Source: Phyllosticta citribraziliensis (taxonomy: Eukaryota). Taken from it: 64,000 nucleotides of DNA. Below are positions 12,585 to 23,146 of the stretch, piece after piece; within the stretch, counting starts at the first letter, position 1; every line of letters starts with the position of its first letter. Location of the stretch: the NCBI RefSeq assembly GCF_038025025.1, contig NW_027117345.1:806001-870000 (forward strand). Reading direction: 5' to 3'. A program made the translations under genes and the position numbers. Under the pieces are notes generated by a model. That model made no database searches, was not told the origin of the DNA, and saw nothing but the letters and a program-made list of their open reading frames with translations.

Positions 12585-13877
12585 ATGTCACCTCCGACGC
12601 AACAAGAGAGCCATCAATCGCCCCAGGCACAGACTTCGCGGCTGATTCTGTACGCCCAGACTCATCACACTCCGTCCGGCGAACCCATTTCGCTGCTACC
12701 TCTTCTGACAAATGATACCGGCGTGACGCACGTCATCGTTGCCGCAATACACCTGAACGAGGGCCCTGGAAACATTACGCTCAACGATGACCCACCGAGC
12801 GCAAGCAAATTCAATCAGCTATGGGACGAGGTGCGACAGCTTCAGGCAGCAGGCGTCAAGGTGATGGGGATGTTGGGCGGAGCTGCCAAAGGAAGCTATT
12901 GGAGGCTGCAGGGTGACGAACAGCAGGTGAGCATGCAAAACTTCTGTACCAAGGCACTCTTATTCGGCGCCATGGGAAGCCATGGATTTGTGCAGCCAAG
13001 TCGGTAACGAGCAACCACCAACTCACGGCTGCTGCAGTTCGAAGCATACTACGCTCCCCTCCGAGACCTCATTCGACGACATGCCCTCGACGGCCTCGAT
13101 CTCGATGTTGAAGAGGAAATCTCTCTCCCTACCATCATCCGCCTCCTTTCGCGCCTACGCAGCGACTTCGGCCCGTCATTCATCACCACCCTTGCCCCAG
13201 TCGCGACGGCCATGATACCAGACTTGCGGCAACCACCAATCCTCTACACTCCAACGGCGCAACCTCAAAGTGCGCCGCTTCAGATCCCCCATTCCCATGC
13301 CCACATGTCTGGGCTCAATCACTTTGCGCTGGAGGCGGGACACGGACACCTCGTCAGTTGGTATCATGTCCAGCTCTACAACGGTTGGGGTGACGCCAGC
13401 AACGCGCACTTTTACGACGCGATGGTGTCATCCGGGTGGCCGGCGAGCAAGATAGTCATCGGCGTCTTGACGAATCACTGCAACGGGGGAAGCGGCTGGG
13501 TGGATGTGGGCAGGTTATCAGCGGTCGTGACGGCGTTGCGCAGCAGGGGTTTACGATTTGGCGGTGTCATGGGCTGGGAATACTTCAACGCAGGGTCAAA
13601 CGAGGGAGAAGAGGGCCGCGATTTGGCGTGCTCCAGCCGGCCATGGGAGTGGGTCAGGGTGATTGGAACCGCCGCCAGGGGGACGATACCAAACGTTGGC
13701 CAGGGGGAGGGGTTTGCTGCCCCTCCTGGTGGTCTGCCGCCAACCCAGGTCCCCTGGCCGAATGCCGACGTCGATAAGCTTTGCGAGCTGGGTTTCGGGC
13801 GCGCGAACGCCGTCGCGGCCTTGAATGCCACAAATGGCGACGTAGAGACGGCAGCCGCGTTACTTCTTGAGCAGTGA
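12585..13877 (+). CDS. GH18 endo-beta-N-acetylglucosaminidase-like protein (no signal peptide) with C-terminal UBA domain
   Basis: RLILYAQTHH, THVIVAAIHLN, KVMGMLGGAAKGS, catalytic DGLDLDVEE after intron 12927-13037, WYHVQLYNGWG, FGGVMGWEYFN. The tail VDKLCELGFGRANAVAALNATNGDVETAAALL is UBA-like. Confidence 0.85.
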
Positions 13878-14485
13878 CGAATCATGGGGACAAGAAGCCT
13901 CACCGGTTGGGCCAGTTTGAGTCACCCGGTATCTGAGTTTGCCGCGGCAACTCAACCTTGACCTCGCAGAAATGTACAGATCAATGTCTGACGCCTCACT
14001 ATCCGTGGTTCTGTCATGCCGACGGATGGTCTAGAAGCCATCTTCGCATGGGTAAGGTGAACTCAACTTGCTTTTGAGGAAGGCCAAAACGCAAAGTTGG
14101 GCGTTTCCTTTATTGATAGAGGGCGCGACCTATCCATCTTGGCAAGTCGATGGCCACTCGTAGTCACTGGTTGGCGGACTGCCAATTTACAATCTACACC
14201 GTCTGTCCAATGGGCTTGCAGATGCCGCTTTTCTACCCTCAAGCCCTATACGTCAAGTATAGTCAAGAATATTGAAGGAAGCACGTGCAGGATGCACTGA
14301 GTAGCATGAGCTGCATAAAGCATTTCCGCCATCCCGATTGGAAAGCGGAACACCTACTCCTTTTAGCAACGCTTCTTAACCGCAAAACGAGAACAGCAAA
14401 AAAGTTTCGGGACTTACCAAGATAGGTTGGAACAAGGGTCCCGGCCACTGCGTTCATCGCGTGGCCGTTCCCGTTGACAATGACC

Positions 14486-15055
14486 AAAAAAAAAAAAAAA
14501 AAAAAAAAGGAAAGAAAGGGATACTGGTCACCGATAACGCATTCACGTGCATATCACTCTCAAAATAGCTGCCAATAACGACCATTAAGCGTGTCCGTGG
14601 TCCGAAATCGCAGCCTTGGTGCTGCACTCAAGAACATAATCTTTGCTGGCGTCCGTTTTAGCGCTCAAGCGTTGGATCAGCCCCCTGACTCAACCACGGT
14701 TCGAGCACGCCCTTTGGCCTGTTTTGGGTTTCATGGCTTCGACTAGCTGGCTGTTTACAGCAGCAGCAGCAGCAGCAGCAGCATGTGAATCTCGACGGCA
14801 TTTGAGTTGCAGATAAGAGGACAGGGCCACGAGGCTACAGCGATGGCTCGTTTTCCGTATCTTTTGAAACAGAGCAACTTTTCCGAGGCCCTGTCTTCAA
14901 TGCCAGCGTGCTTTGGATAGTGCTGTCAACCAGGGGGCAGAAGTGGTTTGAGTACCTTGGTGACTTTACACGTGAAAGCGCGAGTCCCTGCTGCTTATCG
15001 CTGCTTCCATCTTATCGCGGCGCACGGTGGTGGTGGTGGTGGTGGTGGTGGTGGT
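14486..15055. repeat. Microsatellite cluster: A23, (CAG)8, (GGT)10
   Basis: A run 14486-14508, CAG 14758-14783 and GGT 15026-15055, all upstream of the cupin gene. Confidence 0.85.
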
Positions 15056-15289
15056 GTGGGTGGATGCCGTCATCGCTTTTTGTGTTTCCTCGTCTCGCGT
15101 CCCCATCTCTCACATCAGATTTCCCCTCTTCTTGGTGTACGGTAAGCAACCGTGTAATTCACCAAAGGCCCTGGGCAACTCCCACAAGCTGTCCCTCCAA
15201 AACCATCTCCGTTTCCCCAGCTGCAGTTCCCGTCGCATCCGCAACGCGTCAGAGACCGGAAGCAAAATCAACCCAGCACCATCACCACC

Positions 15290-16148
15290 ATGTCTACAAT
15301 CGACGCCAGCCTCTCCGCGCCACTGCGGCCCTCCTTCCCCCTCTCAACGCACTTAAGCAGCGCCGACGCAACCGCCAACGAAAATGCTACAACAACGACG
15401 CTCATCCGCGCGCTGAAGCTCGCCCCGCACCCCGAAGGCGGCTACTTCGTCGAGCTGGACCGCGACGCCCGCCGCGTGACAAATCCCTTCCACGCGACGT
15501 ACGACAGCGGCATGCTGAGCCCGGCCGCGGGCGTCGTGTCGTTCGCCGAGACGGCGTCGGGCGACGCAAAGAGCTACAAGGACAACGCCGCCGAGCAGCG
15601 CTGGACCGACCTCACGCGCGCGGCCAGCACCAGCATCTTTTACCTGCTGGGCCAGGCCAACTCGGCGGGCAAATGGCACCGCAACAAGGGCCGGACTGTG
15701 CACACGCTGATTCGCGGCCGCGGCCGGTACGTGTTGATTCACGCGGACGAGGTCGATGGCGGCGACGATGGCCTCACGGGTAAGGCGCGCGTCGAGACGT
15801 TTGTTGTAGGCAAGAATGTCGAGCGAGGTGAGCGCATGGTGTGGATTGTAGACGGCGGCAAGTACAAGGCGAGCTTCTTGCTCGAGGACGAAGATGGCTG
15901 CGGAAAGAGTGAGGAGGGCTTGTTGATTAGTGAGGTGAGCTGCCTGCCCCCTGTGACATTGAACTACTCTTCTCAGGAGTATGCCTCAAGTGGGCTCTTT
16001 GGCTGACAATTTCCAGACTGTCGTGCCTGGCTTTGAGTTTGCAGATCACGACTTCTTGACCGAAGAGCGTCTCAGGGACCTGGTGACCGCTGAGCAAGCA
16101 GACGAGCTCGCCTGGCTGCTCAGAAAAGACAAGCCGCAATCTTCGTAG
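15290..16148 (+). CDS. Cupin_5 / DUF985 protein (yeast YML079W/Cff1-like)
   Basis: LKLAPHPEGGYFVE, STSIFYLL, WIVDGGKYKASFL, LLISE|TVVPGFEFADHDFL across one intron; stop at 16146-16148. Confidence 0.85.
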
Positions 16149-16466
16149 CGAAGACGGAATGTTGCGTCCGGATTCGCGGATTTCGATCATGGCGGGTATC
16201 GCTGGTAAGAAAACTCGAACGAGCCCCGAATAAGCGCAGCGAGTGTTCATGCTTCCAGTCGCGTGGTAGTCCAAGAATGACACTTCCTTTACGCTGGGTT
16301 GTAGTGTCATCTTCGGTGGGCAAGTCAAAGCTCCTCGCTGCACCATTGAATTCAAGTTCTGATGTAGGGGTCATGATCGGAGCGATTGAACAGGGAAAAC
16401 GGCCTGTATTGGCTTCTATTTACTAGGCTTCTAGACTCTATGAACGGCATGGATTGCCTTTGGCCC

Positions 16467-19230
16467 TCATCTCACTTCCTCTAGCAAGGCGGCGGCCACG
16501 GTCAAGCCCTCGTTCCTGAGCACCACCCTCTGCGCCGTCTCCAGCGGCACGGCCCGGTCAAGCTGAACCTCCACCTTCGCCACAGTCCCCGGCTGTATCA
16601 CGCGAGGCTTCTTCTTGGTAACCTCGCCAGAATTCTTGTCGAGAGTTGCCAACAGCTTGGTTATCCGCCCTTCCATGTTCCACCTGCCTTTGTGCACCTC
16701 TACGAACATGGGCATGACGTGCTCAAAGGCGAGAATCTTTGCGGTAAAGGTCGTGATGCTCTTGATTGCGTTTGCCGGATGGCACACAACGTCGCCCAAT
16801 CGCAGCTGATCCGGATCAATGTTGGTCAGGTGCAGTGTAGGAATTTGGCCAGCTACGGCCCAGTCGGCAGGCTCGTCGTCGACCATGATTCCCTTAATGA
16901 AAGCCGTACCCGTCTCGCCCGCTGGACGTGGTAGCGTAACGACAGCATCGCCAACCTGCAAGCTCCCCGAGTCGATGCGGCCAGCCACAGAGACGGCACT
17001 GGTGATGTCGCCGCGGAAAATGTCGGATATGGACATGCGGAGAGGACCGCTGACTGCGCGCTTGCTGACCTCAGACGTCTCGAGGGCCTGGACCAACGAT
17101 GGACCATTATACCAGGGAGCGACGTCTTTGGACACGGGGTGCGCGACGTTTTGACCCGTCAGACCAGCACAGGGGACAAAAGTGACGTTTTGAGGCTGGA
17201 AGCCGGCAGAGGTGAGGAACGCGGCCATTTGTTGTGAAATCTCGTCGAATCGCTCTTTGGACCAGGAGGCAGCATCCATTTTGTTGACGGCGATGATGAG
17301 TTGCTGTACACCAATGCTACGGGCAAGGAGTGCGTGCTCCTTGGTTTGTCCGCGCAGACCAGACTCGAAGCTGTTGGCGCTTGCATCAATGACGAGGACT
17401 GCAAAGTCCGCTTGACTGGCGCCAGCAATCATGTTGGGAACAAAATCTTGATGACCCGGGGCGTCGAGTATCGTGAATCTGGTCTTCTCCGTTTCAAAGG
17501 TATTCGTTGCAATGTCGACGGTTACTCCTCTAGAGCGTTCTTCTGACGTAGCGTCCATGACCCATGCCAACGCAAAAGACGACTTGCCCATGTTTTGGGC
17601 TTCCTTGCGGAGCTTTTCAATCGAACGCTCATCGACGACCTTGAGGTCGTACAGCAAACGGCCCATGAGCGTGCTCTTGCCGTGGTCTACGTGACCAATG
17701 ACGACGAAGTTTGCCGAGGGTTTGAGATTTGACTTTGCGTATTCTTCGAGGACGTTGAGATTTTTGCTCTTCACTCGGGGTGCCTCGTCCACGGTGAGAT
17801 TTGCGACGCCTTGAGTTACAGCCCCCGCCTCTTTGTCTTTCTGTTTTGCGGCATTTCCGGCCTTTTTGAAAGCCTTGGCCTGCTTGTTCAGTACCTCATC
17901 ATCCGGGCTTGGTCCTGCAAATGGATCAGTCTTGACGTCTTGCGGCATCATATATTTGCACGGAAGCGAGAATTCATAGCCTCCGCGGAGCTGTCCTCTT
18001 GGTGTCGATCCAAACATGGTCTTTGCGAATGTGGACGGTTCGGCTCGAATATCAGGCAGGTCCGCCTTTCGTTTCTTGGTCTCCACCTTGGGCGGTTCGG
18101 TGACTGTGACTGGCTCCGGCTTGACGGGACTCGGACTCCTTTTTCTGCGAGGATATGGCCGTGCCTTTGCGTTGGATTCCAGTGCTGTCGGCTCTTGTGG
18201 AGTGCCAGTTGAGATTTGGCTTCGATTGTCTTGGCCCCCTGAACTCACCTTTGTACTCAGGCTATCCAACAAGGAAACTGCTCGGCCGGTCTGCCGCTGC
18301 GCATCTTCTGCAGATGAAGCAGCGGAGTTTGACCTTGCCTCTTCCTGCTTTCTCCTCCGTGCAGCAGCCAAGGCAGCGATCTTGGAGGAGCCCCCGAGCA
18401 GCCCCATGCGTGGCAAAGTCCTTGCAGGAGTCAATGTTCCCCGTCGATGTATTGGAACGTTCAGCCACGGAGTGTCTTGGAAGAAATTCGCGGGCGTGGA
18501 GTCGGATTGAAGTGGTGGAAGCATCGCGGGAAGTGGATAGGCGTTGAAGACTTGCGAAAGAAGTTCAATTCAGCCAGTGTTCCGAAAGCTTTGGCGAGGT
18601 CGAGGTGGGTGGTCTTACATGGACCGGTACATGTGTCCGGGGCACTTTTATATTGGAGGACAGCTCCTTCGGGGCAAGGGAAACGTAAGGTGAAGATTGG
18701 AACACTGACCATTCACTTGTTTTGGTTGGGACTGAGCTGCGGTATTGGCAGCTTGGTCGAATCTAGAAGGCTGCTTTGCCTTCTTTGCTTGCGCGGGCTT
18801 ATGAGCATCTGTGAGGCATCATCAGTACCATCGTACACTGCCCACCGCAACCATGTCCCTGACTTTTCAAGTGCGTCACAGATTTCTCGATGTCGTAGTA
18901 ATAGTTCCATAACGCATCTTCAATCTGTTTGTCGCCGATGTTTGTGAAGTCTGAGCCCAGTGCTTCTCGGACTTTGGTTTTGCCTAGGCGCATTTGCTCT
19001 GGGGTAGGTCGTGCGTTAGTCGCGCAGGTCGGGAGTAGCTGTCAAGCGATGGTCGTTGTGCGTACCCTGATCTTCGGGACTCAACTCTGAGATAGTCGGG
19101 ATTAGCAGGAGATCGAGACGTGTCGGCGTAGAGGCGCTGGGCCCTCACCTTCTTCCCCATAATCATCCTCCTCGTAGTCGTCGATGTCGTCGTCGTCAAA
19201 GTCGATATTCTTGATCCTGCGATGCGACAT
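16467..19230 (-). CDS. HBS1: Hbs1/Ski7 translational GTPase (eRF3/EF1A family)
   Basis: N-terminal exons MSHRRIKNIDFDDDD..ELSPEDQEQMRLG..IEDALWNYYYDIEKSV (HBS1_N). GTPase motifs GHVDHGKSTL, ERSRGVTVD, DAPGH, NKMD. Ski7-like insert with SKIAALAAARRRK, AEPSTFA and PFAGPSPDD. Confidence 0.92.
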
Positions 19231-20494
19231 GGCGACAAGGGGAGCTGTGTGGCTGCTGAAGGCGGAGACTCAAGGTGGCGTGGGTGGTTTGGCGCCGTGA
19301 AGGTTGTGTAGAGTTGATCGTCTGCGACAGAAGATGTGAGTGACGCAACGGCCTGCCCCACGCTCGGGCCACTCCACTGACTCGGCGGCGCTAACTGGGC
19401 AAAACACCAATCAATACACGATTCGATGTTATTTGAACTTCCAGGCGCGACCCCTCAGACTGCGTTTTTCCCGCTAAATCCTTGATCGGAGCACTCCACT
19501 TGTAAAGGACCTGATCCTGCAAAAGACTCCCCGATTCTCTCAACCAACGACAACTGCTCTCGGAAGCTCTCTGGTGGTGGAACAGGAAGCGAAAGGCGTC
19601 AAACGCGTGTGGAAACGAGGTACGACACAGAAACAGCATGATCGATCTCGTTCATTCAAATGCGCCCGACTGCGGCTCATGGCGCCCTGACCTGGCCGCA
19701 ATACATTCATCTACCCGCGTCTAACCTGATGGGGCAATCAAGTGGGCGGGCTCGATGCTTGTTTTGATCTTGTGAATCCTGAGAAAAGCCGCTGCTCCCA
19801 TCAACGATTCGTTGCTGGAGTTTCTTTGGGCTGTGATCACTGGGTCGGCAGCTGGGTCATTCTCACTCCACTCGGCAATGTTCACGATGGTCTCCCCACA
19901 AGCCAGCTGGACAATTCTGCGCCATGAAACGCTGACATGGCGAAGGGTCTCGAGAAGAAAGGCCCAGGGGCGTGGTGAAGCGAGACAATGATGCGGAAAA
20001 CTTGGCCAATCGAGCACGTCAGACGCGGTCAATGCCACGCGCGGGGATGGATGATTCAGGAACATGTAACTACTGATTGTTGTGAGTGGCGCCGACGAAG
20101 GTGACAGCGAGAGGACTGGAGTTCAAGAGGGGCCGATCCATGGCCGCAGCTACGTCATGGCCCGGCAGGCTGGAAGCTCCCCCGGTCCAGTCTCACCAAC
20201 CTGAAGCTAACAGAGGGAGCCATCACCCGCTGACCCACTGCTTTGCTTTTGTGATGATGTAGCCCACCTGGCCTACGCGTCCTGCATTGTTGCTATAACC
20301 TCCTGTCCCTTTCCTACGTCCTCGTCTGTTGCTCTTGCTCTCGCACTTGTCCTGCTGTCTATACCGCGTCCTCCACCGTCCGCCGCGGCCCCATCTTCGC
20401 CCAATCGCCCAATCCCAGCCTCTGTTGCTATAGTGGCCACTTATTACGGACTCTGCCAACATTTCTCCCGAGCACACGACCTAGGTAGATCACA

Positions 20495-22216
20495 ATGGTA
20501 GCCACACGGCATCGCGCGACGCGCCCAAAACGCAATAACGAGAACGATGCCGACGCCAACGGCAACAAGTACACCGATGACCTCGAGGCCGGACGTGACC
20601 TGCCCCCACGATTCCGCTTCCGCGACGCCGTCTCTCAGACCATTGACTCGGCAATAGTCGACAAGATCAAAAAGCAGCTACACGAGGGCCTCGAGGGCAT
20701 GGACCGCAAGTCGCTGGAAAGCTACCGCAAGAGCGTCGAGGAGCTCAAGCAGACCAAGAACAAGAAAGTGCGGCACTTTTACCAGGATCAAAATGAGCGT
20801 TTGAATGATTGGTTGGAGGTGGATGCCATTGTCATGGCCATGGCGGATGTGAGCCTTCCTTTTCGGCAGGTAGTCGTGGTAAGAAGACGCCGGCTGATCC
20901 AGCATTCAGGAAGTCTTGGATTCGATGAACCCACGGGACTATGACCACGACGGTATTGCCGAGAGCGGAGGCGCGCTCCAAGCAACAGAAGAAAGTGTCG
21001 AGCCATTGTTGCCGGACGACGAGCGCCAGAAAAGGAGAAAATCAAGGAGAAATGCAAAGTGGGCAATTAATGTGAGTCCGTAGGGAGTTGGGACAAAATC
21101 GCAAGCTGACTCTCCGTACCCGCAGATCAATGTTGTAGCCAACATCCTGCTTCTCATGGCCAAATGCGTTGCCTCGTATTTTTCGTCCTCGTTGTCACTC
21201 ATCGCCTCGCTCGTAGACTCGGCATTGGATCTGCTCTGCACTTTGATCGTATGGACGACAAACCGCCTGGTGTATGTTCAAGACATCTGTTTCTAGAGAA
21301 TTGGTTGGATACTAACAGTTCCGCGACAGGAAATGGAGGTTACAAAAGCTCCAGGCAAAATTTCCTGTGTGTTCGGCAATCTTACCAAGTGGTCGCATTC
21401 GCTGACGGGAAATAGGTGGGAAGAAAACGCCTCGAGCCGCTTGGTATTCTGGGTAAGTCTTCAATCACCCTTGGGTCGACACCCACGTTGCTGACCAACA
21501 CAGTCTTCTCCATCATCATGATTGTATCTTTCATTCAAGTCCTCCAAGAATCCGTTGAAAAGCTCATGGGCGACGGCCCCAAAGAGGCCGTTCAACTACC
21601 TACAATCGCCATCGCCGCCATGGCCTCGACAGTCGGATTGAAGGGACTCATTTGGTTCGGCTGCATACCAATCAAAACGACCCAAGTACAAGGTGCGTCG
21701 CGGAACTGTCAACCCTCTTAAACCAAGGCTCCAAATACTGACCCAACAATGTCAGCCTTGGCCCAAGACTGCAAAACCGACGTCTACTTCAACACGCTCT
21801 CGCTGCTCTTCCCCGTCATCGGCTTCCACGCGCACCTCTGGTGGCTGGACCCCGTCGGCGCCGCTCTCCTCTCCCTCTTCATCATCTACGACTGGGCCGA
21901 CACGTGCCTCCAAAACGTCACGCGCCTGACAGGCAGCGCGGCGTCGGACCGCGTGCACCGCAAGATCCTGTACCTGGCGGTGCGCTTCGGGCCGCTGGTC
22001 CAGGGCTTCAAGACCGTCACGGCGTACCACGCCGGCGACGGCATCTGGGTCGAGATCGACGTGCTGCTCGACGAGCGCACCCCGCTGCGCAAGGCCCACG
22101 ACATTGCCGAGACGCTGCAGTATTGCTGCGAGGCGCTGAGTGAGGTCGACCGCGCTTTTGTCACCATTGACTATGCCACGCAGGGTCCGTCTGGCCATGC
22201 GAATGAGCAGAGTTAA
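20495..22216 (+). CDS. Cation diffusion facilitator metal transporter (Mn-CDF/MTP-like), many small exons
   Basis: VRHFYQDQNERLNDWLEVD, SLIASLVDSALDLL, GRKRLEPLG, ALAQDCKTD, WWLDPVGA, and C-terminal dimerisation domain AYHAGDGIWVEIDV..HDIAETLQ..EVDRAFV. Confidence 0.9.
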
Positions 22217-23146
22217 GCGGAGAAAGGGCTAGAGTGAGGGATAGTAGAAGAGAGGCGAGTAAAAAAAGTTTGGACTTGGATGCTGGTTCTGTGCTCCCCG
22301 AGTGGTGTTTAGAGAATTGGTACAAAGTGGGCGTGAGGCGCAAGGGCGCGCTGCTTGTAATAGATACGTGAAATGAGAAAGTCGTTGGACCTCCTGTTCT
22401 GATCGATTTTCCGCGAGATTTGCTTGGCAGCGTTGGCGATGAGGCAGTTTTGACAAAGTCAAATGCGTAATTTCCGTGTGCTGCCAGTGTAACAAATCCA
22501 CGTTGTCAGCCAACACGACACCCGAGAGTGAGAGAGACGGAGCGAGCACAAGTAGCAATTCATCTCCTGTACATTTGAAATACACACGATTGAATCAAAA
22601 GGGGTTGTTCCTCACTATCTATGCAATGGGTTGCAAAATTCATGTCAAATATCGAAGCAAGCCAGACCAGTGAACTAACTCAGCACCAGCGAAGGCAGCA
22701 TCCACATCATAGTCGTCCCCTTTGAGCAGCAAAGTCACAGAAGCCAAGTAAGCAAGCAAGCGAAGCCACTCAGACGAAGAAATTCCAAGTCTATTATTCA
22801 TGATACCCATCTTGCATCCATTCGCTCAGCTAATTACTGTTCTCTTCGTCTGCACTAACTAACCTTTCCATGCCCAGATATACCCATTCTCAATCCCAAA
22901 TCCCAATCCCAGAAAAGCCCGCCCCGAGGAAATATGCTCCATCGATCATCAACAGACGTGCTTTCTCTGCAAGTTTTGAGTTTGCCAAAAGCCTCCATCC
23001 AGGGTGCTTTCAAAAAAGGAAAAGAAGTCATGCTTTTTCAACGCCATCAACGCCATCAACGCCATCAACGCCAAGGAAATTGCTCCCTCCTCTGCATGCT
23101 CCGACCAATCGAGTCAATTTCATCAACCGCTTGCTTCATCCATCGT

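Noticed and set aside
14690..14715. GGTTCGAG tRNA T-loop-like motif
   Set aside because: No T-stem pairing, acceptor stem or D-arm.
23038..23072. (CAACGCCAT)n short tandem repeat
   Set aside because: Three to four copies of a 9-mer in the HSP104 3' UTR, with no spacers; not CRISPR-like.
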